DNA of 64,000 nucleotides. Origin: an uncultured Gammaproteobacteria bacterium. Its GTDB lineage: Bacteria; Pseudomonadota; Gammaproteobacteria; UBA9214. Below, piece by piece: positions 9,801-19,692 of the stretch. Location of the stretch: assembly GCA_963748215.1 (NCBI GenBank), contig CAVVHS010000006.1, positions 704,001 through 768,000 of the forward strand. Direction: 5' to 3'. The notes under the pieces were generated by a model. That model was not told the DNA's origin. It was given only the letters and a program-made list of their open reading frames with translations, and searched no databases. Position 1 is the first letter of the stretch; each line of letters begins with the position of its first letter. The translations under genes were made by a program, and so were the position numbers.

Positions 9801-12722
9801 CAGCACAAAGCTCCCATCCGGGTTGCGTGCGGCGGCATCGGCGCGCGTGTTCCACGACAGCAGGGTGTTGCCCTCGACATCGCTGATCAGCGATGTGGTT
9901 TTCAGGTGCGGCGGCAATGTAGCCTGCAGGGCCGGATTACCGATCTGCGGTTTGCCCTGCCCGTCGTTACGCGACTGGGAGTCGTGCCAGTACTTCACCA
10001 CGTACTTCTTGAAGTTGTTGCCCGTGGCATCGACCGCCGGATCACGCACCACCGTCTCACGACCCAGCACGTCGAGGTTGCCGCCATTGTTGGGATCACC
10101 CTCCAGCATGCGTGGGAAGGCATCGACAAAATCAATATCGCGGTACTGATTGTTCGGTGAGCATGGCCCGCTGAAGCAGGGGTTTTGCGCACCATTCAAC
10201 TCCTCCTTTGGATTGCCGATCGCCGGCTTGGCGATCTGCGACACGATGGAGTTGTAGGCCGGCAGCACGCAGCAGTAGGCGAACTCGAAGCCCGTGCAGT
10301 GCATGCCGAGCTCGTAGTTCATCATGAACTTGAAGTCGGTCTGCTTGGGCAGCACGCGCACATTCACCGTGGCGACCGTGGACAGGTTGGTGCCGTCCGA
10401 GGCCTGGTAGGTAAAGGTGTCGTCCAGGTAGGCCGCACCACCCAGTGGTGCGCCGGCCGGCGGCGTGTAGGTGAACGAACCATCCGCGTTCAGGGTTACG
10501 CTACCCTGGGTACCTGTAGTATTAAGACTGACTGCCGTCAGCGGATCAGACTGCTCGTCGAAGTCGTTATACAACACGCCCGACAGGCGTGTAGCCGGCA
10601 CCGTCAGGGCCTGGTTGCGGACCGTGGTGTAGGAATCACCGCGTGCCGTGGGCGCCTGCTGCGCTGCCACGCAGCCTCCGGGCAGATCGACACAGGAAGG
10701 TCCCGGAGCCTGACCAATTTGTGCCTTGGTAAAGGTGAAATCGGTGGGATCCACGATACCGTTGCCGTTTATGTCCCGATCCGGATTGACCGTCCCTACT
10801 GCGGCCTTGATGGATGTGAAATCAGTCGGATCCACGATGCCGTTGTTGTTAAAGTCCGCATCGCAGACATTACCGTACCCGTCAGCGTTGGTGTCGCGCT
10901 GATCGGCGTTGACCTTCTCGATGCAGTTGTCCTGGTTATCCGGGACGCCATCCTGGTCGAAATCACCGGCTACCACCGGCTGAACCGTGATGGTGACGGT
11001 CGCCACATTGCTGTTGTCGGTGCCATCGTTCGCCACGTAGGTGAAGCTGGCATTACCACTGAAGCCCGCGGCCGGTGTGTAGGTGAACGAACCATTGGCA
11101 GCCAGGTTCAATGTGCCACTGGTCGGGCCTGACTGCAGCAGGGCGGTCAGGGTGTCGCCATCGGCGTCGGTGTCATTGCCCAGGACGCCCGGGGCAGGCA
11201 CGATCAGCTGGGTCTGGAACGCGGTACTGTAGCTGTCATTATTGGCTACCGGGGGCGCGTTAGCCGGTGAACCGACCGTGATGGTGACGGTCGCCGTGTT
11301 GCCGTTGACGGTGCCATCATTCGCCGCGTAGGTGAAGCTGGCATTACCACTGAAGCCCGCGGCCGGTGTGTAGGTGAACGAACCATCGGCAGCCAGGTTC
11401 AAGGTACCGCTGGTCGGGCCTGACTGCAGGATGGCCGTCAGCGGATCGCCGTTGTCGTCGGTGTCATTGCCCAGGACGCCCGGGGCAGGCACGGTCAGCG
11501 GGGTCTGGAAGGCCGTGCTGTAGCTGTCGTTATTGGCGACCGGGGGCACGTTGGGCGGATTGCCGACCGTGATGGTGACGGTTGCCGTATTGCCGTTGAC
11601 GGTGCCATCGTTCGCCGCATAGGTGAAGCTGGCAGTACCGGTGAAACCCGCGGCCGGCGTATAGGTGAACGAGCCGTTGGAATTCAGATTCAGGGTGCCG
11701 CTGGTCACGGCAGACTGCAGGACAGCAGTCAGCGGATCACCGTTGGCGTCCGTGTCATTGCCCAGCACACCCGGGGCGGGAACGGTCAGCGGTGTCTGGA
11801 AGGCCGTGCTGTAGCTGTCGTTATTCGCTACCGGGGGCACGTTGGGCGGATTGCCGACCGTGATGGTGACGGTCGCCGTATTGCCGTTGACGGTGCCATC
11901 GTTGGCCGCGTAGGTAAAGGTCGCATTGCCACTGAAACCGGCGGCCGGTGTATAGGTGAACGAGCCAGAAGCACTCAGATTCAATGTGCCACTGGTCGGG
12001 CCAGACTGCAGCACGGCGGTCAACGTATCACCATTGGCGTCCGTGTCATTGCCCAGAACGCCCGGGGCAGGAACGATCAACTGGGTCTGGAAGGCTGTGC
12101 TGTAGGAGTCAGGATTGGCGACCGGTGGCGTATTGGGAGCCGCCGGGTCCACCGCGCCTGAGCCGGGATAGGTGTTGGTGCCTGACGAGACGCAGTTGTT
12201 GCGGCCCCAGACGGGCACCGCGCCCAAGGTCCAGCCTGGCTGGGTGTTGGCATTGATCTCCTGCAGGTTGGTGAAGCCCCCCGCATCGCCATCGGAGTTC
12301 ACCGCTTCAACGGCAGCAATTCGCGCCGCGATTCCACCCGTGGCGCCGTTGCACGCAGCCAGGGCGAAGCCGTAGGGGTTGATGTTCTGGGTGCTCGACC
12401 CGTGGCACAGCTGGCAACTGGCATTGTTGTCCGATGCCGAGCCGGGATAGATGCCCTGCCAGGTACTTAAATAGCCACTGGTGGCATGCGCGGCCGACGC
12501 GGCCAGCAGCAGGCCCAGCAACAGCAGCGACGGGAGCACGAACCCACATGCTCCGGGAGTTGCTGCTGGTTGTATTGTGATTCGTGATTCCGCGCGCACG
12601 TGCGCCGGCGACAGAGAAGAATGTTGGGAAGGCCTGGCAATCAGTGTGCCGATCCTGCGGAGTGTGCTCCAGATGCGACAGCGGAGCGTTCCATCAAGCC
12701 TGTTCGTTGCGGTTGTTTTCAT
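6897..12722 (-). CDS. Giant secreted decaheme cytochrome c with Ig-like (Big_9/cadherin-like) repeats and an internal TSP3-dockerin-like module
   Basis: Ten CxxCH motifs: CQLCH, CERCH, CQKCH, CQGCH, CTNCH, CADCH, CQGCH, CATCH, CLNCH, CRACH. Also an NYELGMHC...VLPAYN motif and five PPVANxDSY-type repeats. Start moved to ATG 12722 because it has an RBS (GGAGGAG) and a sigma-54 promoter lies inside the longer ORF. Confidence 0.88.
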   Translation of the reverse strand: MKTTATNRLDGTLRCRIWSTLRRIGTLIARPSQHSSLSPAHVRAESRITIQPAATPGACGFVLPSLLLLGLLLAASAAHATSGYLSTWQGIYPGSASDNNASCQLCHGSSTQNINPYGFALAACNGATGGIAARIAAVEAVNSDGDAGGFTNLQEINANTQPGWTLGAVPVWGRNNCVSSGTNTYPGSGAVDPAAPNTPPVANPDSYSTAFQTQLIVPAPGVLGNDTDANGDTLTAVLQSGPTSGTLNLSASGSFTYTPAAGFSGNATFTYAANDGTVNGNTATVTITVGNPPNVPPVANNDSYSTAFQTPLTVPAPGVLGNDTDANGDPLTAVLQSAVTSGTLNLNSNGSFTYTPAAGFTGTASFTYAANDGTVNGNTATVTITVGNPPNVPPVANNDSYSTAFQTPLTVPAPGVLGNDTDDNGDPLTAILQSGPTSGTLNLAADGSFTYTPAAGFSGNASFTYAANDGTVNGNTATVTITVGSPANAPPVANNDSYSTAFQTQLIVPAPGVLGNDTDADGDTLTALLQSGPTSGTLNLAANGSFTYTPAAGFSGNASFTYVANDGTDNSNVATVTITVQPVVAGDFDQDGVPDNQDNCIEKVNADQRDTNADGYGNVCDADFNNNGIVDPTDFTSIKAAVGTVNPDRDINGNGIVDPTDFTFTKAQIGQAPGPSCVDLPGGCVAAQQAPTARGDSYTTVRNQALTVPATRLSGVLYNDFDEQSDPLTAVSLNTTGTQGSVTLNADGSFTYTPPAGAPLGGAAYLDDTFTYQASDGTNLSTVATVNVRVLPKQTDFKFMMNYELGMHCTGFEFAYCCVLPAYNSIVSQIAKPAIGNPKEELNGAQNPCFSGPCSPNNQYRDIDFVDAFPRMLEGDPNNGGNLDVLGRETVVRDPAVDATGNNFKKYVVKYWHDSQSRNDGQGKPQIGNPALQATLPPHLKTTSLISDVEGNTLLSWNTRADAAARNPDGSFVLGNSECTDPLDPLTCAAINVVQGNGDYGDIGNTFGVPVDNYQNAVWNHLYIYADTEGSNPTGTSLESAKLRLGLDVDYPTNYGPGGHPMGPVSGGVFNDNAFMTFSEDTGTVVFTQMKLVENLPIMLTSPRIWEALGLPLTPFEDTLGFFADPGLVDEDSIRPYVQMSAQLHDAVCDAAGNCTAGNVVLDGSGHPVQGFGDAPIDIPNCERCHSAPPTDAFGNVNVNSPNVIPANEVLVNLEYDFWAAYYDLDVAGGDSDWYARLKGAAISILGTHDTQHGTQFLANYPAAAAIPAGSPFNPVTELGGLSEPFFNSPANCLVNKAPTGPACASHADCAGIGDEVCDLPQNTRIGHDSVICQKCHADNVIAVVKSTNCGGAASCAEGGLIPALSQALHHNHRSQSEGGDIVFNDATGRDGGCQGCHPAHRSDGVMDGYPIDLDGNNFQASGDNRLAQGGCFVGRDVHSNPMKDVDGAETPEHLTAVGQYLSDFVFRNQSQEPGGTEDMRGIWCTNCHSQAGQQMWKAENCISLVHNDCAPGENPRAAVDMADLATQLGTTLAQLESWVDPKDPAIDPDLPLSGAGTRPADDTHFIWKSDPGLCNYVVSVATGAPLDPTFDGNVATIEVAIPSAGQACSTPGQVGPVDCSAEGGPVFNICGNFDADGDFTANIMDFCTTPDCVTAAQATLVNSLAFTIPFSTSTATTASDGRDHWLSAGEPHCADCHKAPYTEQSGNVNAFPPFNYPRKASLMRYSRGHQDITCQGCHESIHGLYPVTPTIDNTSYAQAAGLNQDGSHGPLKCATCHTHVNADQVPVWVDGLSYTDPVDGGPAVPVINDFDAAVSWAHTYTDEADPRASVCLNCHGNLSGAISANNEEWQIHAMINRVSRLAMDDAEANAGVVSGVPDPVNPYTGGTTTVCRACHGNEGNVSCGNTNRGREWKRHLIEGRVSEAVWEEVSIARTGTTCGW
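10980..12135 (-). repeat. Four tandem ~97-aa Ig-like (Big_9) coding repeats
   Basis: PPVANxDSYSTAFQTxLxVPAPGVLGNDTDxxGDxLTAxLQS...GSFTYTPAAGF...TVTITV occurs four times with near-identical DNA. Confidence 0.85.
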
Positions 12723-12922
12723 TGTCTCTCCTCCATTCACCGGGTGGGCCCGGCATTCGTATAGTGGCGATTGTTGGTATAACCAAACTAAATTTATTGT
12801 TGCAGACCTCTCACCCCCTGGGCGTTCAGTGCACGGGTCTGCTTCTGCTTCAGCGTAGTACAGGATACTGGGTTGACCTGCACGTCGCTGCACAAACTCA
12901 ATCAATTCCTGAACTTTTCTAA

Positions 12923-12938
12923 TGCAATATCCTGGCCA
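12923..12938 (-). promoter_or_regulatory. Sigma-54 (-24/-12) promoter of the decaheme cytochrome
   Basis: Minus strand TGGCCAGGATATTGCA fits GG-N10-GC. Four TGTCAG repeats at ~13003-13060 are candidate activator sites. Confidence 0.65.
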
Positions 12939-13405
12939 ACTCACCACCCTCACTAACTGCTTGAATATATATCGATTACACTCGCATGGTGCGCGCCACA
13001 CCTGTCAGGCCTGCCATAAATGTCAGGCCTGCCTGTCAGACTGAATGCCAATTGTGTCAGTGCGCGGGCGGCATTGAACATTCCTTCTGCGTGCACCACG
13101 CCCCGGTACGACCGGCACAGGCCTGTGCCGGTACCGATGCCCCACCCTGCAGTGCCGTTTCGTTGCGCGTGTGGCGCATGAATCGACGATCCCGAGGTGG
13201 CCGGCATCAGCTGTGCGCACTCCGGCGTGCGTACCCGGAGGGCTCTGCACGTTGAAGTTTGCGCTCATCGCACGGCATGCTTGACCGGCGCAGGATATCC
13301 GGGCGACACGCGGCCGCGCTGCCTTCAAGACAGGCGAATGGCGCGGGCTTCTCGTCAGGTGCGAGCGCCGACAAGCGCTTGCTTGGAGACATCCGGTTCC
13401 CGCCG

Positions 13406-14608
13406 TTACTTCGAACCCGGGATGCTGAGCCAGTCCGTCACCGCCATCAGCCCGTCCTGCCCCGCCTTCGGCAGCTGCGCGATATAACAGCCCTTGGACA
13501 CAAAGCGCTGGTCGGGTGCCAGCGTGATGCAGGGATACACGAAGTGTAGTCCGCACTATCCACCTCATGCTAAAAGCGTTTCTGGAAGCCGTCACGATTG
13601 AAATAACCGCGAATGCTGCCGGGCGCGCGCCCGGCGAGCTTCAGGACAAAATAACTGTTGGCCTGAATGCGCGCCGCTTCGGGCGCAAGGATGCGCTTGA
13701 TACGCAACCAGCCGGTGGACGGGCCAGCAACCTCGGCAGCTGGTCCGGCAGTTCCTGCGGATGCACAAAAAATACCCGCTCGCGCAGCGCGTCCGTCAGT
13801 TCGGAATACTCGCTGTCGTACAGTATGGTCGATACATAGAAAGGTGTCGGGAGATTGCCGGCATCGAGCCGTGCCCAGAACGTTGCGAGATCGGATTGAC
13901 GCAGCCACAGGACGACAACCGCGTTACGCTTTGCCTGCAATGTTGCCAGTAATGTCTCGAACGAACCTTCAGGTCCGAGGGGAACATCGTTTATCTGCGT
14001 GCCCTGCATTGCCAGCATGCGCCGCAGTGCAGCGGCCGCTCCTTCCGCGTCGCCGTCGCGGTATACCTGCAGCACGGGACCGGAGAGCAGGCCATCATCG
14101 GATAAATGCTGCGCGACGGCCTCGTACTGCAGGGTCATGCCACCGTCCAGGTAAACGGTGTAGAAATCCTGTTCGATGTGTACCGGAAGCGTGGTGTTCG
14201 GGAACAGGCAGGGAATCTCGATGTGTTCGCAGAATGTGTGCATGGGCTGCCAGCTCCCTGAGCAGACGGGTCGCGTCCCCGTGCATGTCCACCAGCGACC
14301 GGTCGAATAACTCGTAATGGTGCCCGGAACGGCTGTAGCCCTTATGCTCCAGCATATGCCGGTGATGCGCATGCGGATCTGCCTCGCCCTCACGGGGTTC
14401 GTTAACAGGATCGTCAATTACGGGTTCGTCCGGAACAGCGGGCTGCATGACAGGCTGGCGCATGCCGTGGTCATGCGGGCTCAAGGCAGATTCGGCAGCC
14501 TGTAACGGCGATGGGCTAATCGAAAGCGCAAGCAACATCGCCACACCCAGCAGCCCGACCCCGGCCCTGCCTGACGTGGCATTTTTTCTTGTTATTCGGG
14601 AAAGTCAT
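13406..14608 (-). pseudogene. Degenerate deletion-fusion of a His-rich SCO-family gene 5' end with the 3' part of a periplasmic ligand-binding-type gene
   Basis: Signal peptide and DPHAHHRHM...SLVDMHGDATRL (SCO-like start) join abruptly to HTFCEHIEIPCLFP... and, after further frameshifts, ...YPCITLAPDQRFVSKGCYIAQLP...SIPGSK*. At least four frame disruptions. Confidence 0.55.
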
Positions 14609-14668
14609 TAGCCTGGTTCCGGCTGGAGAAAATAATCATGGCGGGCAGTACGCTTGCGTAACAGCGTC

Positions 14669-14800
14669 GATTGATCGGGTAACATATCAATTCAGACGAG
14701 ACGCATTCCTTCTGATGGCAAGGTTGTTGGCCGAATGAATTCGGCCAGCGGTGTTTCATCGTCATTGAATCAGACCTGCAGGGTCGAATTCATTCGGCCA
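14669..14800. repeat. REP/REPIN-like element
   Basis: The unit GATTGATCGGGTAACATATCAATTCAGACGAGACGCATTCCTTCTGATGGCAAGGTTGTTGGCCGAATGAATTCGGCC recurs at ~49463 and ~49878, and inverted at ~4475-4530. Confidence 0.75.
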
Positions 14801-14801
14801 T

Positions 14802-17800
14802 TCACGAACTGACGCGCCGGTAACGGCGATACAAACCGCCTGCCGCTACCAATAGAGACAGGGGAAACACCGGGTCGAGTGACGTTGTGGCGGTTGCAAC
14901 CAGCGTACAGCCGCCACCCCCACCCCCGGAACCCGCCGGCTGCACCGCCGCGACTGCCACGGCAATACCCACCGGGTCGGCAATCGTGCCAATGGCAGGG
15001 TCGGTATCGAACACCCCGTCATTGTCGGTCAGTGTCAGAGTGAAACTGCGCTGATTCAAGTCGATCAGGGCGTTGTTCACGGTACGCCAGGTGCCACTGA
15101 CATCCAGCTTGCGGATAACCGTGTTGGCGGGCAGCGCCGCACCCGGCGGCAGCTGCACGGTAACGGTGGCCGTATCCTGACCCACCGGAAGCACGACGCG
15201 GTAGCTGTACAGACCCAGCGGATAATCGTACGCCGTATCACCGGTGGGTAAATCCGATTCGACAAACAGCGGCAGTCCCGTGGCGGGGTTTGCTTCTATC
15301 ACAAGCGTTGCACCCGTGATTTCCGACACCTGAACCACCTCGTTCGCGTACTCGTTCACTCCCATCGCCTGGGCAACCCCGGCCGTGACAAAAAAGCTCA
15401 GCATTGCGGCGTCTGTCGCTGCCGTACCGGGCTCAAGCGCATCGATGATCCCGTCGCCATCCGTATCGGTGGGGTTGGCCGGGTCACCGAGTTCCAGCGC
15501 ATCGGTGATACCGTCGCCGTCGGTATCACCGCTCACCACGTTGGGATCCAGCGCGTTGGCAAGAGCCTGTGCATCGCTGATGCCATCACCATTGCTGTCG
15601 CTGTCGTCATCGTTGATGGTCACCGTGGCCGTGCTCACCGCACCCAGGCTGGCGCCGCCGGTAACATTCGACAGACTCAGCGTGAAGCTCTCGCTGGACT
15701 CCGGCACGCTGTCATTCAGGATCGGCACGCTGAACGACTGACTGCTTACCCCGTTGGCAAAGTCCAGTGTCCCGGTGCTGGTCGTGTAGTCGCTGCCGGC
15801 CAGCGCCGTGCCGTTGCCGGTTGCATAGCCAACGCTGACTGCACCCGCGCTGCCGCCCGTGCGCGTCACCGTCACCAGCACGCTCGCACCGTTCTCCGCC
15901 ACACTGTAAGTACCGGTACTGAACTGCACACTCCCCACCGGTAACGGGTCGTCATCGTTGATGGTCACCGTGGCCGTGGTCACGGCACCCAGGCTGGCGC
16001 CGCCGGTAACATTCGACAGACCGAGCGTGAAGCTCTCGCTCGGCTCCGGCACGCTGTCATTCAGGATCGGTACGCTGAACGTCTGGCTGGCGGTCACGCC
16101 GTCGGCAAAGGTCAGCGTCCCGGACCGCGTACTGTAATCACTGCCGGCCAGCGCCGTGCCGTTGCCGGTTGCATAGCCAACGCTGACTGCACCCGCGCTG
16201 CCGCCCGTGCGCGTCACCGTCACCAGCACGCTCGCACCGTTCTCCGCCACACTGTAAGTACCGGTACTGAACTGCACACTCCCCGCCGGCAGCGGGTCGT
16301 CATCGTTGATGGTCACCGTGGCCGTGCTCACGGCACCCAGGCTGGCGCCAGCGGTGGCATTCGACAAACTCAGCGTAAAGCTCTCGCTGGACTCCGGCAC
16401 GCTGTTATTCAGGATCGGTACGCTGAACGACTGGCTGATCACGCCATCGGTGAAAAGCAGCCGCCCGCCCACCGCGCCATAGTCACTGCCCGCGGTGGCC
16501 GTGCCGTCGCTACTTGCATAGTCGACGGTGATGGCACCCGTGCTGCCGCCGGTGCGGAGCACCGTCACCAGCAGAATCGCGCCATTCTCCGCCACGCTGT
16601 AACCGGCGGCGCTGAACTGCACACTGCCCGGCCCCGGTACAGCATCCCCGACACGGACGGGATAAAAGTCATGCAGCGTCTGACTGCGGCCTGTCAGCGT
16701 ATTCTGGCTGGTCACCGCCAGGCGCAGCGTGTAGCTACCCGGCGCGACACTGGTGCTGTCCCAATCGCCGAGCAGCATATTCTCCGCACCGCCCGTGCCG
16801 CTGAGGCCGGTCGGCTGCCAGCTGCCCTGCCGGTCACAGACCAGGAAATCCTCGCCCGGACAGACGTCGATGCGATAGCCGGTCGATACCCGGGCCGGAT
16901 CCCGGCCGTTCACGGTGCTGCCCGACAGCGCCACCACCCCGCTCAGGGTGTCCGTGGCATTGACCGGATTGAGCCGTACCGCCACCGGCGAGTACAGCGG
17001 ATCGCCATACAGAATGCCGCTGTTGTTGGCGGCGGCGAACCATACCGCATCCCCCAGCGGCAGGCCGCGCGTGAAATACACCAGCGGCGCCATGCCGCTC
17101 AGGCAGAACGCACAGCCAGCCGACTGGTGATGGCTCACGCTGCCCCAGAAGGCCACGCCGCCCAGCCGGTCCAGAAACGTCGCCGCATGATCGCCGGCTG
17201 CCACCTGGCGGTGACCCTCGCTGAAGGAGCCGTTGAGCGCCAGCTCCGCGCCCGCGCCCACCTGCTGCACGCTGACCGCGTCGATACCCAGCGCCCCGGC
17301 AAACACCCCGGTGGTTTCGATGCGGAACTTGATGCCGTCGTAACTGGCGGCGGCATGCAGCGCCGGGTCGAGCGGGAACGCAACCTCGACCGGTGTCCAG
17401 CCGGTATTGCCCGGGGCCAGCGTGGCGAGCTCGCGGGTGCCGTAGTCGACCTGGGCGCCGCCCGCCTCGCGCACGAAGAAGCGCACCTGCAGGGTGACGG
17501 GTGTGGCGAGATCGGCCGCCTGGTAGTGCAGGGCGATCCGGTAGGTCTGGGGGTTGCCGGTGTCCAGGGTCTGCGCGGCCAGCGGGAGACGCTGGGCCAG
17601 CACTACCCGGCGCTGGTCGGCACAGGGCAGGCCTGGCGGCGCCGAGAAGTCACTGGCCGGGAAACAGCGCGGCGCGGCCACCTGGTCGGTGTTGCGGAAC
17701 CACAGGCTGAAGCTGTCATCGAAGCCGGTGTCAGTACGCACCTCGGGCAAGGCCAGCTGGTTGACATCACCGTGACCGCCATCGTTCCAGCTGCTGTTGC

Positions 17801-19019
17801 CGGTGCTCTGGAACCAGCCCGTCGGCCACACCGCCAGGTACGACACCGGCCAGGACTGGTGGTTGTAGCCCATGAACCCGTCGGCCATGCCGACACAGTC
17901 CGTGTTGAGTTCCCCGAACACATCCGTGGATGCCGCCTGGCAGGCCGCGGGATCGGCCGCATCGCGGCACTCGGTGACCGTGCACTGGTCGTTCTTGCGC
18001 CAGTTGAGCAGGGCATCGAAACTGTGAACCGCCGCCTGCCCGTCCAGCCAGCCCTGATACAGCAGCGCATTCACCGCCTGCGGCTGGCGGCTCGCGGCAT
18101 TGCCCGGGGCCGGGTAGCTGGCGCTGGTGACCGGGTCGCTGTCCTCGTTGAGTTGCACCGTGCAGTGCGCCGGCGTCTTGCCTTCCGGCAACAGCCCGGA
18201 AAAATTCAGGTAGTCGACACACTCCGGACGGGCCTCGTCAAACAGCCCGAGCTGATAGGGCCAGCCGGTGATCCCGGTGGGTGGGTAAATCAGTCGCCCG
18301 GTACTGTTATCCACCCAGCGATTGAAGCGCGTGGAGCCGAACAGGCGGCCGGACAGGCCGCCGCGTTCCGCCGCCAGGGTCCGGTCCAGCAGCGCCCGGG
18401 CGGAGCCCAGCGTGAGCCCGTCGAGTCGCCCGATGATCAGTTCCCGGTCGGTGGCCGGCAATACGGTGCGCATGCCGCGGCCATCGCCAAACGCCACCTC
18501 GCGCTCGTTAAACGTGAGCCGCGTGTCCTCGGTAAAGTAATTGAGCAGCCAGTACTTGAGGTAGTTGTCCACCGAGGTCGGCGCGGTCGCATCGAACAGG
18601 GTGGAGCCGTCTACCACCATCCGGGTCGGCACCCCGCGCGTGGTGACCAGGTAGCGGATCCTGCTGTGAGCGCGCAACTGCTCCACGGCCGCCGGGCAAT
18701 AATACGGCGGCTCGCCATCCACACACACCGCCGGTGTCAGGGTCGGGTCGTCCAGCGTGTTGCGCTGCATGAAGTCGATGAGCTGATCGCGCAGGCGGCG
18801 AAAGTCGTCCCAGCCGATGAAGTAACCGGCAGGCACGCGCACATGCACGATGTTGGCGGGATCGATGTCACGCTGCTGGGCGTAATAGGTCCCCAGCTGG
18901 GGCGAATCCACCGAGTTGTCGTTGACAATGATCAGTACGTCATCGCGTGCTGCCTCGACCATCGACACCGTACACAACAACAGGCACGCAAGAGCTACTA
19001 GATGCATTCTGGTGATCAT
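14802..19019 (-). CDS. TIGR03790-like surface protein with three Calx-beta domains, a probable choice-of-anchor U domain and a JDVT-CTERM/GlyGly-CTERM sorting signal
   Basis: N-terminus DVLIIVNDNSVDSPQLGTYYAQQRDI...LVTTRGVP...GRLDG...LYGDPLY; three VQFSxxxYSVAENG...VTINDDD repeats; C-terminus GSGGGGGGCTL...LDPVFPLSLLVAAGGLYRRYRR. Confidence 0.8.
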   Translation of the reverse strand: MITRMHLVALACLLLCTVSMVEAARDDVLIIVNDNSVDSPQLGTYYAQQRDIDPANIVHVRVPAGYFIGWDDFRRLRDQLIDFMQRNTLDDPTLTPAVCVDGEPPYYCPAAVEQLRAHSRIRYLVTTRGVPTRMVVDGSTLFDATAPTSVDNYLKYWLLNYFTEDTRLTFNEREVAFGDGRGMRTVLPATDRELIIGRLDGLTLGSARALLDRTLAAERGGLSGRLFGSTRFNRWVDNSTGRLIYPPTGITGWPYQLGLFDEARPECVDYLNFSGLLPEGKTPAHCTVQLNEDSDPVTSASYPAPGNAASRQPQAVNALLYQGWLDGQAAVHSFDALLNWRKNDQCTVTECRDAADPAACQAASTDVFGELNTDCVGMADGFMGYNHQSWPVSYLAVWPTGWFQSTGNSSWNDGGHGDVNQLALPEVRTDTGFDDSFSLWFRNTDQVAAPRCFPASDFSAPPGLPCADQRRVVLAQRLPLAAQTLDTGNPQTYRIALHYQAADLATPVTLQVRFFVREAGGAQVDYGTRELATLAPGNTGWTPVEVAFPLDPALHAAASYDGIKFRIETTGVFAGALGIDAVSVQQVGAGAELALNGSFSEGHRQVAAGDHAATFLDRLGGVAFWGSVSHHQSAGCAFCLSGMAPLVYFTRGLPLGDAVWFAAANNSGILYGDPLYSPVAVRLNPVNATDTLSGVVALSGSTVNGRDPARVSTGYRIDVCPGEDFLVCDRQGSWQPTGLSGTGGAENMLLGDWDSTSVAPGSYTLRLAVTSQNTLTGRSQTLHDFYPVRVGDAVPGPGSVQFSAAGYSVAENGAILLVTVLRTGGSTGAITVDYASSDGTATAGSDYGAVGGRLLFTDGVISQSFSVPILNNSVPESSESFTLSLSNATAGASLGAVSTATVTINDDDPLPAGSVQFSTGTYSVAENGASVLVTVTRTGGSAGAVSVGYATGNGTALAGSDYSTRSGTLTFADGVTASQTFSVPILNDSVPEPSESFTLGLSNVTGGASLGAVTTATVTINDDDPLPVGSVQFSTGTYSVAENGASVLVTVTRTGGSAGAVSVGYATGNGTALAGSDYTTSTGTLDFANGVSSQSFSVPILNDSVPESSESFTLSLSNVTGGASLGAVSTATVTINDDDSDSNGDGISDAQALANALDPNVVSGDTDGDGITDALELGDPANPTDTDGDGIIDALEPGTAATDAAMLSFFVTAGVAQAMGVNEYANEVVQVSEITGATLVIEANPATGLPLFVESDLPTGDTAYDYPLGLYSYRVVLPVGQDTATVTVQLPPGAALPANTVIRKLDVSGTWRTVNNALIDLNQRSFTLTLTDNDGVFDTDPAIGTIADPVGIAVAVAAVQPAGSGGGGGGCTLVATATTSLDPVFPLSLLVAAGGLYRRYRRVSS

Positions 19020-19499
19020 GTCTTCTCCGTCAGGAGAAAGTTACCGTCACAGGTACTTTCTCCTGAAAATGTTGTTCTTGTTTCGATGCATGCCCCGGAT
19101 CTGACTCCATGACTGATTTCATTGTCGAGATATTGACTGACCACGTTTCATGCATACGCAGAATGTCGCAGCATCGATGACCTTGATTACTTTAGCGTGC
19201 ATGCGATATTGACAACTATTGGTATGTTTGCCCCAAGTTATTGACATGTCAAGGGGAATGCCGGACAGGTGTCACCAGGCGAGTTGTCATTCACAACAAT
19301 CACACGTCATCGTGCAGGACCATGCGCATTGCCTGAGTAGTCAGGACGACGACGATTGCATGGAAGCGCAACATGATATCCGTCCATCCTGTTTCTGTAT
19401 GGCCAGCGGCCGCGGTTAGTACACACCCAACGTGTCAACTATCACCTTAGCGTTCAATGGTACAGAACACTTGATGACAAAAACCGGAACTGGGCAGGC

Positions 19500-19535
19500 A
19501 AAAAAAACCCACCCTGAACATATGTGCAGGGTGGG
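19500..19535 (-). terminator. Rho-independent terminator downstream of the cohesin-like PEP-CTERM gene
   Basis: Minus strand CCCACCCTG-loop-CAGGGTGGG followed by T8. Confidence 0.7.
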
Positions 19536-19692
19536 CATTGGTTTGCTGATTTTTGTTAGGCTTGGCTGCGGCACGCTTGGTGTATGTATTATGCAGCTTG
19601 TCAGGAAGCCAGCCTGTTCCTCGTTCAGCTATCCCTTTTCGGAGTGAGAAACTCCTTCTGTTGTTATACGGGAACTGTTAGCGAACCCGTTT

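Noticed and set aside
12723-13001. N-terminal extension of the 2034-aa ORF
   Set aside because: It contains a sigma-54 promoter, and the good RBS lies before ATG 12722.
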